A DNA stretch of 64,000 nt from NCBI GenBank assembly GCA_014905635.1, contig JABVCE010000016.1, positions 682,001 through 746,000 on the forward strand, given 5' to 3'. The notes below the pieces were generated by a model. The model saw only the letters and a program-made list of their open reading frames with translations. It did not search any database and was not told the origin of the DNA. Source of the DNA: Scenedesmus sp. PABB004 (taxonomy: Eukaryota). Below are positions 23,777-36,722 of this stretch, in pieces (positions within the stretch are counted from its first letter, which is position 1; the number at the start of each line of letters is the position of its first letter). The position numbers and the translations under genes were made by a program.

Positions 23777-26117
23777 CTAGTGCGCCGCGCACTCGGCGCG
23801 TGCCGCCGCGTGCAGCCGGATCGCCTCGGCCGCCTCGGCCGACGGCGCGGCCGCGCCGCCGGCGCCGGCGCGCGCCGCGCCCGCGAGCGTCACACGCGGC
23901 GCGGCGTTGGCGGCGGCGACGACCTGCGCGTGTTCCTCGGGCGCGCGCGTGCTGGGGAGGTCGAAAATCGACTTGTAGTCGGTGCTGATCGGCCGCGGCA
24001 GGTCGGCCTCGGTCAGCGCCACGCCGCCGAGGTGCGCCCAGCAGGGGTGGATGTCCTTGATGTCGCGCAGCGCGCGCCAGTACGCGACGCCGCTCTTCAT
24101 GCCGCCGCCGACGCCGACCTGCAGCACCGTCTCGCCGCGCTTGACCGACATCGTCGACTCGATGTACGACCACGTGTACCTGCGGGGTTCAGCGGGGTTC
24201 AGCGGCGTTCAGCAGGGTTCAGCAGGAGGGCCGGGGCTCAGGGCTCGGCGCGCTGCGCGCGCAGCCGCGGCGCGGCGCGCCGGCAGCGCGCGGGCGCGGC
24301 GCGCGCCCGCACCAGGTGCTCGCGCTGCTGGTGTTGCCAAAGTCGCGCAGGCTCGCAAAGCTCGGCATCATCTTCTCCGCCGGCAGGCGCAGGCCCTTCT
24401 GGATGCCGCGCAGGATGGCATAGCCGCCCGCGTGCAGCAGGAAGTGGTCGGCGCACTGCGTGTAGTCGGGCTGGTAGGGGCCCTTCGGCGGCGCGCACAC
24501 GCGGCCAGACGTCGCCTGCGCGACGCCGGCCCGGATGTAGTGCAGGCTCGCCTCGACGTACTGCCCCCAGCTCATGATGCGCGGCGTCATCTGGCGCACG
24601 CCCTTCTCGAGCACCGCCGCCGCCTCGCTCGGCAGGGTCTTGGTGATGACCATGCCGTTGATGCCCTCCTCATCGGGCTCCCAGTTGAGCGTGCTGCGCG
24701 CGGCGGCGGCGCGGGGGCGGCGGCGGGGCGCGCGCGGGCGCGTCGGCCCCGGGCGGCCGGCGCGGCACGCGCGGCGCGGCGCGGCGCGCGCGCAAGGGGA
24801 GAGAGACTCACTTAAACGCGCGGTCGCTCGCGCCGGTGTGCACGCGCAGCACGTGGTGCAGCGCGTACTTGCTGCGGCCGCGCCACGCGGGGCTGTTGGT
24901 GAGGATGGCGGCGCTGCCGCCCATGCGGAAGAGCGCGTTGGTCAGCAGCGCCTCCTGGCGGTGGCCGGGGTAGAAGGCGCTGGTGATGATCTCGCTCGAC
25001 ACAAAGAGGCAGATCTTGCCGGGGTGCGCCTGCGCGCGGCGGCGGCGCGGCGGCGGTCGGCCGGCGCGTGCGCGTCCGTCGCGCTCTGCAGCACGCGCGC
25101 CCCCGCAGCTCAGCACGGCACGGCCCAGCACAGCGCAGCGCAGCACGCCACCGCCACTGGCACCCACCTTGAGCATGTCGCGCACGAGGTTGAGCCCGAC
25201 CACGCCCATCGCGCAGCCCATGCCGCCCATGTGGTAGGCCTCGACGTCGTCGCGCATCTTAAACATGTTGACCACGAGCGACGCGATGGAGGGCGTGGGG
25301 CAGTATATGGAGGTGTTGGTGATGAGGATGTCAATGTCCGTGGCCTTGAGGCCTGCGCGGGCGCGCGAGCGGGTGGCGGGCGGCGGCGTGAGGCGGGCGG
25401 CGGCGTGAGGCGGGGGCGGCTTTGCGCCGCGGCGCCTGCGCGGGCGCGGGGTGCACGCGGGGTGCACGCAGCCGCCTGCCCAGCCGCGCACCCGTCTTGC
25501 GGAGCACCTCCGAGATGACCTGGCCGTACACGAGGCGCGTCTCGTCCTGCGCGGCGTTGAGGTCCTGGCGCGGCTCGGGCGAGAGCGTGGGCTGGATGCA
25601 CGCCGGCACCGCCGTCTGCGTCATGCTGATGCCCGACTTGGAAAAGATCTTGGACACGAACGTGTGCTTCTCGGGCGTGCAGCACTGCGTGGCGCGGCAG
25701 CGGCGCGGCGGTGCAGGCGGCGGCGGGGCGGCGGGGCGTCAGCTAGCGCTTTCTGGCCGCGTGCCCTCGCCGGCGAGTGTGTCTGGCTGTTTCACAGCTG
25801 CCACGGCGCCGGTGCCGTGCCGGCGCGCCGCGGGGCGCGCGGGGGCGGGCTCCCGCCATCACGCGTCTGGCCCCCGGCCGGCGCGGCGCGCCCGGCGCGC
25901 GCGGGCCCTGGCCGCCGCGTGTGAGCGCGCGGGAGCTGCCCAGGAATCCAACGCGGTGCGGCGCGGGGTGATGCGCGCTGGCGGCGCGCCACATCTGCCG
26001 CGCACTCGCCTTCCAGCGCCACGCCATCTCTTGGGACTTGTTGAAGTCGACCTTGAGCTCATCGGGCGCGTTGAAGCAGCTGTATTCCACCATGTAGATG
26101 GGCGCGTTCGACGCCAT
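23777..26117 (-). CDS. KCS: 3-ketoacyl-CoA synthase (FAE1/CUT1-like condensing enzyme)
   Basis: DIDILITNTSIYCPTPSIASLVVN, MGGMGC (catalytic Cys), NALFRMGGSAAILTN, HFLLHAGG (His), FGNTSSASTWY (Asn) and LQVGVGGGMKSG; multi-exon, stop TAG at 23779-23777. Confidence 0.92.
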
Positions 26118-27006
26118 GGCGCCGGGCGGGGCGGACGGCGCGCGCGGGAAGTGTGGTCGCGCGAGGGCGCGCGCGCTGGCTGGGAGGAGGGATGGGCCCG
26201 GCGGGTGCGTCCGGGGGCTGAGGAAGGGTGGGGAGAAGGGAAAGGGAGAGGGCGTGCCGGCCGTGCAGCGCGGGCGGGCTCTTGTACTCTGCAGTTCCGG
26301 GTCACTGGGAGCTGGCCAGCCGCCTGCCAGCTCCCCCGCGGTTTTTCAGCGCTGACGCGATGCCCACGCGAGGTGGTGTGCCGACGAGTGTCTTCGATGG
26401 CGCGCCATGTGCCGGAGGAGTGCGGGCGCGGGCGTGTGCCCCGAGCAGCGCGGGCGCGCGCTGTCGCCGGTGCGGGGCGCGGTCCAGCGCGCACCAGGCG
26501 TCGCTTTAAGGCTGCTTTACCACGCGAGCTGCCAGCGCGGCGCAGGGGTGCCTGGGCGCGCCGCCGGCGGCCTGGTCAGCGCTCGCGGGTCGGCACGCCG
26601 GCTGGCCGTTGACGGTAATGCCGCCGCCGCTGCCTGTTCTTGCTGCTGCTGCTGATCATGGCTCTGGTGCTGCTGACTCCTCTGCGACTGCCGCTCGGCC
26701 CAACGACGTCGACGGCGGGCGTCGCAGCGGGCCGGTTGCCGCCGACACTCAACCGCCGCGCAGCGACGTGACACCGAGCGCGCGTGCTTGACGGCGCATC
26801 ACCACCACTGCGCAGGACAGCCTCCAGCGGGCACCAGGCAGGCACCGCCACCGCGGGCGCCAGCCCTAGCGCCGCTGCTGCGGCAGCAGACAAGAGCGAG
26901 CTCTGCGCGCTGTTCCGTTGACTCTGCCGGCTTCGGCTGGCTGCGGCGCAGCTCTGCGGCGTAGCTCTGCGCTCGGCAGCCGGGAGCTGAGCAGCAGCAG
27001 CAGCAG

Positions 27007-30000
27007 ATGGCGGCCCCGCGATCACGCCTGCGGCTGCTGCTGGCCGGCCTGACGCGCGCACAGGCATCTCCTGCACATGTGGCATGGACCAGCTGCGTCG
27101 CGGCGCCTCACGCCATCCCGGCGGCGGCGGCGGCGGCGGCGGCAGCGCCGCGCGCCGCTCCCGGCAACGCGGCGCCGCGGCCCGCGGCGGGCCAGGCGCG
27201 CCGCTGGCCGGTGCAGCGTTGGCGCCTGCTGGGCCATTGTCTGGGCCCGCACGGCCCGGCGAGCCGCGGCTTCGCCAGCAGCGCGGCCGCGGCGCAGCAG
27301 CAGCGCGAGGGCTGGGGCCCGGTGCTGCACGGCGTGCACCCCGCCGGCGAGCCGCCCGACGACGCCGTGCGCGCGCGGCTGGCGGCGCTGGGCGGCTCCC
27401 CGCCGGGCGGCGAGGCGCACGCGGGCGGCGACGGCGGCGGCGACGAGGCGGAGCACGGCGACGGCGGCCGGGGCGATGCGCACCAGCACCACGGCGACGA
27501 CGGGGCGGCGGAGCAGCACGGCGGCGTGCGGCTGCGCTTCAGGCAGAAGACGCCCCTCTTCCAGGCGCGGCGGCGCCCCTGCTGCGCGGGCGCGCGGCGG
27601 CCCGGCGCGGCGCCAGCGCGGCCGCCGACGCTGCGCCCGCGCCCGCACGCCCGCGCCGCCGGCGCGCAGGTGATTGAGTTTCACGCCGGCGGCCAGGCAG
27701 TGGAGGAGTACCGCCCCCGCACGCCGCAGGAACTGGTGCGGCGCGCCCGCGTGCAGGCCTGCGCCTGCCTCCTCCGCGCGGCGCCAGCACGCCGCGCAGC
27801 CGCGTCGGGGCGGGGCGCAGGGCCCGCCGCGAGCGCCGCGCCGCCGGCCGCGCTGCCCCCGCAGGGCCTGCACCCGCGCGACGTGACGCTGTTCGCCCCC
27901 ATCAGCCGCCTCGCGGCGCCGCAGGCGCGCCGCCGCCGCAGGCGCCCCGCCGCGCCGCGCCCGCGCCGCCGCCGCCGCCCCTCTCCCATCCTCTGCCCTT
28001 CCCCCACCCCGCACGCGCCGCCGCCGGCGCCGCCGCCGGCGCTGCCGCACGGCACGCGCAGCGCGCGACCATCGCGGTGCACGATGGCAAGATCCTGGTC
28101 AAGACTGAGATCGTCAAGGCCATCATCACCGCCGACAGGGCCATACTCATCAAGGGCCGGTGCGCACCGCGTGCCGCGCGCTGCGCGCCGCGGCGGCGGA
28201 CGGCCAGGCAGCCAGCGCCCGCGCGCGGCGCGCCGCGCCGAGCGAGCAGCGCACAAGCGACGCCGCCCCCGCCGTCGGGCGGGCCGCCCGCGCGCCGCGG
28301 CGCGCCAGGCGGCAGCGCGACACGCAGAAGCTGGCGCAGGCGATCCTCGCCGCCAACGACCAGCGGCTGCGCGCGGTGCGCATCGCGCGGCACCAGGCGG
28401 AGCAGACGGCCAACCCCATCGGTCCCGGCGCCGCCATGGGCAGCTGCGAGCGCGCCGCGTCGGCGGCCGACCTGCTGCGCGCCGTGTCGGCCAAGGCGCG
28501 CAGCAGCGCGCGCCTCACCGCGGGCGGCGCAGGCGTGGGCTACGTGCAGACCAGCGGCGGCGGCGGCCTGGGCGGCGACGCGGCGCCGTGGGCCGCCGGC
28601 CGCGCGCGCGGCGGCGCCGGCGACGCGGTGCAGCCGGCGGCGGTCGCGGCGGGCGCGGACGCGCTGTCGCGCGCCGCGGGCGGCGGCGGCGGCGGCGGCC
28701 CCAGCAGCGCGAGCAGCGGCGACCTGAAGGACTGCCCCTTTGAGCTGCTGGTGCTGGAGGTGCTGCTCGACGCGACCGCGGGTGCGCCGCGGCCGCCGCC
28801 GCCGCACGCATCCATCCATCCGCCTAGCTCCAACCCCCTGGCCAGCAGGCCAGGCCGGGGGCCGAGCGCTGCGCGCCCCGCTGCTCTCCCTCCTTTCCTT
28901 TCCTTTGCCCCCCTGCCTCAACCCTTTCTGTCCCCCCTGCCGCGTCCCTGCCTCTCCCTCCCTCCCTCCCTCCCTTTCTGTCTTAAACCCAGAGTACTTT
29001 TACACCAAGGTCCAGCACCTCAACTGGATGCTCGAGAGCGTTGCCGCCGACATGCGCGCCACAAGCGCCGCCGGCGCGACCGGCGCGCTCGACAAGGCAC
29101 ACCAGTGAGCCCGCCAACCGCCGACCGCTGACCGCTGACCGCTGACCGTCTGCTGACCGCCCGCCTGCCTTTGCTCGCTGCCCGCCGCGCGCTGACCGCC
29201 CGCTGACCGCCCACCCGCCTTCGCCGCCGCGCCCGCGCCTGCGTGCTCCCCCCCCCCCCGGGCAGGCTGATTCCCATCCAGAAGTTCCTCACGCGCGTGA
29301 AGAACGACGTCAAGGAGACGGCAGAGGCCATCTCCACGGCGCGCCGCCCCGCGCGCGCAGCGCCCGCGCCCAGCGCCACGCCGCCGCCCTCTTGGGGGAG
29401 CCGGCGGGGCAGGGAAGGGCGGGCGGGAAAGGGGGCAGCCGCCGCCGCGGCGGCGGCGGCGTTTGCGGTGCTGACGGCCGCGCGCGCGCCGCGCCGCGCG
29501 TCTCCAGGTGCTGGAGGACGACGAGACGCTCGGGGAGCTCTGCCTCTCCTGGCACGTCGCGGCGCGGCAGCACTCGACCTGGGTGCCCGTGGAGCTGCAG
29601 CGCCACAGGTGCGCGCGCGGACGCGCCGGCGCGCGGGCCGCGGGCCGCCCAGGCGGGGGCCGCGGCCGCGCCGCCGCCCGACCGCGCCGCCGCCGCCGCC
29701 GCCGCCCCAGGGCGGCGCGCATGGCCAGCGCGGGCGGCAGCGGCGGCGCGGGCTACCACACGTCTGCGAGCGGCTGGCAGGCGGGCCCGCCCGAGTCCGG
29801 CGCGGCGGTGAGCTCGCATCGGCAGCGCGGCCGCCCGGCGGCGCCGCCGCGGTGGGCGCCGCGCCCCCGCCCTGCCCGCGCTCACCCCGCGCCGCCCCGC
29901 CCCGCGCCCGCGCGCGCCCGCGCGCCCGCGCGCGCAGGCCGTGGGCCCGGCGGCGCAGGTGCGGCGCCCGTTTGACGCCGCCATCCTAAACCCTCAAAAC

Positions 30001-30922
30001 TTTCAACCCTAAACCCCCTCAATGTTTGACCCTCAAACCCTAAACCCCGCCCCGCGCGCCCTTCAACCCTGCACCCCCCAGGTGCGTGCGCTGACGGAGA
30101 TGCTCGAGTCGTACGAGCGTGAGATCCAGAGCCTCGAGGGCTCCGTCAACGAGGCGGAGGAGGACCTGGAGAACACACGGTGACCCGCCCGCGGCAGCAG
30201 GGCGGCGGCCGGGGGGGAGGGAGGGGAGGGAGGAGTGGCGTGGGGCTGTCGCCGCGGGGGGCGGCGCCCGCCGCGCCGCGCCGCGCGGCGGCCGACGCGC
30301 GGCCGCCGCTGCGACCGCCGCCCGCGCCGCCGCCGCCCCGCAGCTCGCAGTACCACATGCAGGCGCGGCGGCGCCGCCACTGGCCCGCCGCCGCCGCTGG
30401 CCCGCCGCCGCCGCGCCTGGCCCGCGCCGCCGCCACTCGCTCACGCCGCCGCCGCCGCGCCGCGCATGCACGCGCTCTGCCCGATCGTTCCCCCCCCCCC
30501 TCTCTGTGTGCGCAGCTGGACAGCAGCCGGAACCACATCATCATGGTCAACCTGTGAGCACGCAGGCTGTGGGCCAGGACGGCGGGGCAGGCGGGGGCGC
30601 TGGCGGCGCTGGCAGCGCGCCCCGCGCCGGCGCCGGCGCCGCCCTCAGGGCCGCGCCGGCGCCAGGGCCGCGCCGCCGGCGCCGCCCGCGCCGCCCGCGC
30701 CCGCGTCGCCCGCTCACCCGCCCGCCGCCCGCCCCGCCGCGCCGCAGCTGGCTGTCGATGCTTAACATCAGGTGCGGCGCGGCGCGCGCGCGCCATGCCG
30801 CGCGGCCTGCGCTGCGCGGCCGGCTCGCTGCGCGGCAGCTCACGCGCCGCCCGCCCCGCTGCACCCCCCCCCCCCCCCCCGCCAGCGTCATGGCCACCAC
30901 CATCCTGCCGGCCTTCTTCGGT

Positions 30923-30959
<37 letters not shown>

Positions 30960-32426
30960 GCCGCCGCCGCCCTGCCGCGCCGCCGCCCCGCACTCGCGCC
31001 GCGCCGCGCCACCGCCGACGCACGATCGCCGGCGCCGCCGCAGGCATGAACCTGGGCAGCGGGCTCAGCGACGCCGACCCGGTCAACTTTTACGCGGTGC
31101 GCCCGCCCGCGGCGCATACGGCCGCCGGCCGCCCCAGCGCGCGCCGCGCCGCCCCTCGCCGCCGTGTCCCGCGCCCGGCGCCCTTGACGCCCTGACCGCC
31201 CCCCCCCCCCCCGCCCAGGTCTGCGGCGGCAGCCTCGCGCTCGCGGCGCTCTCCTACCCCGCCTGCCGGTCGTGGTACGACCGCAACTGGCGCCGCGTCA
31301 ACCAGAACGAGCAGTTTGAGCAGAAGATGCTGCGGTGCGGGGCGCACAGCGCTGCGCAGCGCGGCCGCCACGCGCACGCGCCTGGGCAGCCCCGCGCCGC
31401 GCCGCCCACGCCGCGCGCCGCCGGCTCTCACGCCTGCCACCGGCCCCGCGCCGGACGCTGCGCGCCCGCGCCTATGCCCGCCCCCCGCCGCAGCGTGCTG
31501 CTGGTGCAGAACATCGAGGACGTGGATGACATAATCCGCGCGCTGCAGCAGCACAGGTGGTGCATGACGTCACAACCCGCGCCCTCGCTGCCGCGCGCCC
31601 TCGCCGCGCCGGCCCCGCCCCGCGTGCCCGAAGTCAGCGGCTGACTTCGTGCCACCGACTCCACCGCCGCGCCGCGCGCCCGCGCCGCCGCCCGCCGCGC
31701 CCCACCCGCGCCGCCGCCCGCCGCGCCCCGCCCGCGCACCAGGCACGAGCGGCTCGACCGCAAGAGGTTCCGGTCGATCGTGCTGGAGACGCTCGGCGGC
31801 CGCGCGATGACGCCGGCGCACATCGACTTCCTGTACGCCTGCTTCGACCGGTGCGCGCGCGTGTGCGCGTGTTGTTTGGGATATGGGGCTATCCCGTGCG
31901 CAGCGGGGCCGGCCCCGCGCCGCGCCCGGCCTGCGCTGCGAAGCGCGGCCGGCTGCCTCTGCCGCGCGCGCGCCGCCGCCGCGCGCGCGGGCGCGCGCGC
32001 TCGGCCCCGCTCGCGCGGCCCCGCCTTTGACTGCTCCGCGCCGCGCGGCCGCGCGCGCCCTGTATATAAAGGAACCGGGACGGCTTCATCGAGGAGGCGG
32101 AGGTCATTCGGCCCCTCAACACCTACCACGCACAAGCAAACGGCGGCGGCGGCGGCGGTGGCGGCGACGGCGGCGGCAGCGACTTCGGCGGCGGCAGCAG
32201 CGTGTTCAGCTACGGCCCAGCGCCCGAGTGGGGCGTCGCGCCGGCAGCGCTCGGCGCGCTCGGCGCGGGCGCGCGCCTCCCGGGCGGCGACGGAGGCGGG
32301 CCGGCGGGGCTGGGGCAGGCCGTGCGCGCGAGCCCGCCGCGGCAGCAGCAGCAGCAGCAGCGGCCGGAGAAGCAAGACAGCAAGGGCGACAGCTGGACCG
32401 ACGACGACCGCTTCTCCTGGGACTGA
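27007..32426 (+). CDS. MRS2: MRS2/CorA-family Mg2+ channel, probably mitochondrial, with a C-terminal EF-hand
   Basis: Presequence-like N-terminus (…SRGFASS); GLHPRDV; ILVKTEIVKAIITADRAIL; CPFELLVLEVLL; LDSSRNHIIMVNL; TM1 ending in the FFGMNL (GMN) signature; then FDRNRDGFIEEAEV after splicing 31850 to 32072; TGA at 32424-32426. Confidence 0.9.
29984..30048. repeat. Degenerate interstitial telomere-like (CCCTAAA)n tract in an MRS2 intron
   Basis: cctaaaccctcaaaactttcaaccctaaacccc…ccctcaaaccctaaacccc. Confidence 0.75.
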
Positions 32427-32746
32427 CGCGGCGGCGGGCCCGCGCTGCATCGGTCGGTCAGCCAGTCGGTGACAGCCCCGGCTCATGATCGAGCGGGGCG
32501 GGGCGCGTGGGCGGGCGGCGCTGCACTCAATGCACACGCATGCGCCCGCGCGAGCCGAGGCGGCGCCGGCGCGGCGGACCGGCCGGGCGGCTGCCGCCGC
32601 GCCTGCCGCGCCTGCCGCGGCGGCTGCACCGCCATCGTGGTGCGGCGGCCGGGGGGCGGGCGGCGCGGTCGCTGAACCCTTGGCGGCGCGCTCAGCGTTA
32701 AACCATAGCGACGTGGCGCATGGCAGATGGCACGCCCGCCCCGCCC

Positions 32747-33732
32747 TCAGTCGCCAGCCATGACCGCCAGCACCGCCGCCATCTGCTCGCGGTTGCGCCG
32801 CGCCGCCCAGAAGCGCAGCCAGTCGTACAGCAGCTCCAGCCGCGCCGCCGCGACGAGCTGCTGCGCGCCCGCGCTGGCCGCGCTGGCAAACGCCGCCGCG
32901 AGCGCGGCCGCCTGCTGCGTGGTGACACGGAGGCGCACCGCCACGGCCGCCACCGCGCACTGCATGGTCGGCAGGTCGCCGGCGGCCTCGGGCAGCGCCG
33001 CCGGCGCCCAAGCTGGCGCAAGCTTGCGGCGCTTTGCGCCGCACGCCCCGCCTGCACCGCTGCGCGCGCCCGCCGCGCCGCGCGCCCCGCCTGCACCGCT
33101 GTGCGCGGCCGCCGCGCCGCCCGGCGCGGCCGGCTGCTGATCGAAAAAGACGTGCAGCTCGTCCGCGCCGGGCTGCCGCCCGAGCGCGGTGAGGCGCCAG
33201 GAGGTGAACCGCCGGAACGACCGACCTGCGGCGGCGACGGCGGGCGGCTCGGCCAGCGCAGCGCGGGCGCCCCGGCGGCCCGCGCGCGCGCGCGCCGCGG
33301 CGCGCCGTGAGGCCCCCGGGAGTGCGGCGCGCGCGGGGAGCCCGGCGGCGCACCGTGCCGCCCGGTGTTGAGGTACACGCCTCCCGCCGACGGACGGCGT
33401 TGCACGTCCGCCACGATGACGCCGGGCTCGCGCCGCCCGTTGGCGTGCACGACCACGCGCACGCCGCGCTGCAGCGTGGCGACGCCGGCGACGCCCCGCA
33501 GCGCCATCGCCGCCGCGTCTGGCGTGAGCCAGCGCTGAACCTGCGCGAGGCTTAGCCGGACTTGGCCCGACGACGCGATGACCTTGCTGCACCGCTCAAC
33601 CTCCAGCCCGCCCAGCGCGGGCGGCGCTGCTGCTGCTGCCGCCGCCGCTGGGCTGTCGGCGTTGGGGGCGGCCGGCGCCGGCGTTGGGGGCGGTGCCGCC
33701 CCCAACGCCGCTCCGCGGCGCTGGTCGTCCAT
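32747..33732 (-). CDS. Hypothetical protein, 2 exons, possible nuclear protein (KRRK)
   Basis: join(33732..33354,33225..32747) via a phase-1 GT-AG intron gives …GGVYLNTGRHGRSFRRFTSWRLTALG…GAKRRKL…LELLYDWLRFW…; no family recognised. Confidence 0.6.
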
Positions 33733-34470
33733 GCCCGCCGCTGCAGGGCCGGCTGGCGGCGGCGGGCAACAGAGCTGCCGGCCCCGTCAGGAGCCCAGGA
33801 AGCCTCAGGAAGTGCTGCCGCACGCCGCCGCACGCTGCACGCCGCACGCTGCACGCCGCAGCGCCGCCGCCGCTGCCACTGCTGCCGCCCCGTCCAGACT
33901 GTTGGCTGAGCAGGAGCTCAGCGGCACTGATTCCGGCACACCGGTGAGCGTTCTGCGCGAGCGAAGGCCGCAGCGGCCGTTTCGGTCGTCACGCCCAGCT
34001 GACGGCGGCGCACAGCCCTGCCCGCTCGGTTCCCAAGTGGCCAAACACGGTCGTCTCTGCGAGCACACGGGCTCTGTGGGATCGGCCACGCAGCGCGCCG
34101 CGCAGTGCCGCCGCCGTTCGCACCACTGCGCCCGCACGCACGCTCGCCCAGGCACCGCCGGCTGCCGCGCGTGCGATCGCCGTGACCTGGGATCGCGCCT
34201 GGTGCCGACCAGCAGCAGCCAGGGGCGGCGGCCGCGGGGGGCGCGCGGCCCGAGCAGCGGCGCCGCCGCCAACCGTCGCGCGTGCCGGCACCGGCCGCGG
34301 CGGCGCGGCAGGGTGGGCGCCCGGCGGCGGCTGCTGCGCGAGGCTGCAGCCCCGCCCGGCAGGCGCGGCGCGGCGCGGCGCGGCGCGGCGCGACGCGCGG
34401 CGGCAGCGGCGCGCCCGCGCGCCGTCGTCCGCCGCGTCGCGGGCGGCGGCGGCGGCGGCGCGCCGCCGCG

Positions 34471-36405
34471 ATGGCGGGGCTGATGTCCGACGACACGACG
34501 GGCAAGGCGCGCGTGTTCAGCCTGCGTGAGCGGCACCAGGTGCTGGCCGCGCTCTTCGCGGTCGGGCTCTGCGCCGGCGTCATCCTCTCGGAGCGCCTCT
34601 ACCTCGCGAGCAACCGCGCCGACATCCTCCGCGGCGACGCCGGCGCGGCAGCGGCGGCACGGCGCGCGGCGCAGCAGCGGCAGCAGCAGCAGCAGGGCGG
34701 CGCCGGCGGCGGCGCGTCGTCCGCGTCGTTCGCGTCGGGCGGCGGCGCGCGGGGGCGCGAGCTCGGCGTGCGCGTGGAGTACCCAAAGGACGCCGTGTCG
34801 GCCGCGCTGGAGGCCTACCTGCTTCGCGTCGCGCCGGGGCGCGAGGTGCTGGTCGGCGTGTCCAACGTCAACCCGCTGCGCGAGGGCATGCTCGGCACGT
34901 TCCTCGACGGCGTGCGCGCCGCGGGCGTGACGGCGTACGTGATCGTCGCGCTCGACCGTGAGACCGAGGCGGAGCTCACGGGGCGGGGGCTGAACGCCTT
35001 CTACATCGACGCGCGCGTCTCCGCGAGCCAGGCCGAGACGGGCGCCAACCACGCGGTCTCGGCGCTCAAGTTTGGCATCATCAAGCGCTTCCTGCAGCTC
35101 GGCTGGGCCGTGCTGCTGAGCGACATCGACGTCTGCGTGCTGCAGGACCCGTTCAAGCACCTCTACCGGTGGGTTTAGCGCCCGCCCCGCGCGCGCACGC
35201 ACGCTGGCGGGGGGTTTAGGGTTTAGTTTTGCCGGCGCCGCCGGCCCGGGGGCGCTCGCCGCGTGCGCCGTGCGCCGGCCGCCGACGGACGCGTGCTGCG
35301 CGCTGCGCACGAGTGCCCAGGGACCACGACCTGGAGGGCATGAGCGACGGCTACGACCGCCACACCGCGTACGGGCAGATCGAGGGATACGACGACCCCA
35401 GCATGGGCTGGGCGCGGTGCGGCGCGCGGGCGCCGCCGCCGCCGCCGCCGCGCGCGGGCGCCGGCCACAGGGGGGGGGGGCGGCGCGCGTCACGTCGTGT
35501 TGAACCGAGACACACCGTTGTGTGTGTGTGTGACGTCACACGCGCGTGCCGCACACGCGCGCCGCCGCAGGTTTGCGCAGAAGGAGAGCCACTTCAACCT
35601 CAACAGCGGCCTCTTCTGGGTCGCCGCCAACCCGCGCACCGTCGAGCTCATGCAGGCGCGCCGCCCCGCCCGCGCGCGCCGCGCCGCGCCGCGCCGCGCC
35701 GCGCCGCGCCGCCGACGCCCGCCGCCGCCTGCCGCACCGCGCCGCCGCGCCGCGCCGCGCAGCGCCTCGAGACGCGGCTCGCGCGTGAGAAGTACTGGGA
35801 CCAGACCGCGTACAACGAGGAGATCTTCTTCCTCTCACACGACGACTACCGCAGCCCGCAGGCGCGGCGCCGCGCCGCCGCCGCGCTCGCCGCCGCGCCA
35901 GGACGCCGCGCCCGCCCGCGCCGCGCGGGCGCCGCCGCGGCCGCGGACGATGAGCGCAACACACGTGAATGAGATAACATGCGAATGACATAACGCGCTG
36001 TCCATGACGCCGCCGCCGCCGCGGCCGCACCAGGTGAGCGTGCGTGTGATGTCGATCTACAAGTTTATGAACAGCAAGGTCCTCTTCAAGGACGTGCGCC
36101 ACCGCGCCGCGGGCGCCCTGCCGCCGCCCGTCATGGTCCACATCAGTGAGCGCGCCAGCGGCGGCCGGCGCCGGCGGCGGGCGCGGGAGGGCGCCGGCGC
36201 GGGAGGGCGGCGGCGGGGCCCGCGCCCGCGCGTGCGCGCCGCCGCGCCGAGCCCCGCGCCCGCCGCCGCCGTGCCGCCGCCTCGCCGCCGCCCAGACTAC
36301 CACCCCGACAAGCACGAGCGCATGAAGGCGGTGTTCAAGTTCTACCGCGACCACGACGCCGCCGCGCTGGCGGCGTTCCCGGGCGGCAGCGAGCCGGGCA
36401 CGTGA
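34471..36405 (+). CDS. RRA: Arabinosyltransferase RRA-like (GT77, nucleotide-diphospho-sugar transferase)
   Basis: Type II membrane anchor; [28 protein letters not shown] (DxD); [43 protein letters not shown]. Confidence 0.93.
35171..35227. repeat. Telomere-like (TTTAGGG) motifs in an RRA intron
   Basis: gggtttag at 35171 and ggggtttagggtttagttt at 35211. Confidence 0.7.
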
Positions 36406-36722
36406 CGCGCGGCGGCAGGGCGCGGCTTGAACCGCACGCATCGACGGCGCCCCGCCCCTCGCCCGCTCGTCCCGTTGCTGCCCAGAGGCCCCACGCCCGC
36501 CCGGCCGCCGCAGCCGTCGCAATCGCAGCAGCCACCGGCAGCCGCCGCCGCACGTGAGCAGCAGCGCCGCCGCCCAGCTCGCACGCGCCCACCGCGGCCG
36601 TCGCTGCGCGCTCGCGCAATCCTCAGGGCACCGCGGCGTCGCGGCGGCCCAGCGCGCTCGTCCCCGGGCAGCAGCGGCGGTGCGGCGGCGGCAGCAGCAG
36701 ATCCCGCCACGCGTCGGGCGCC

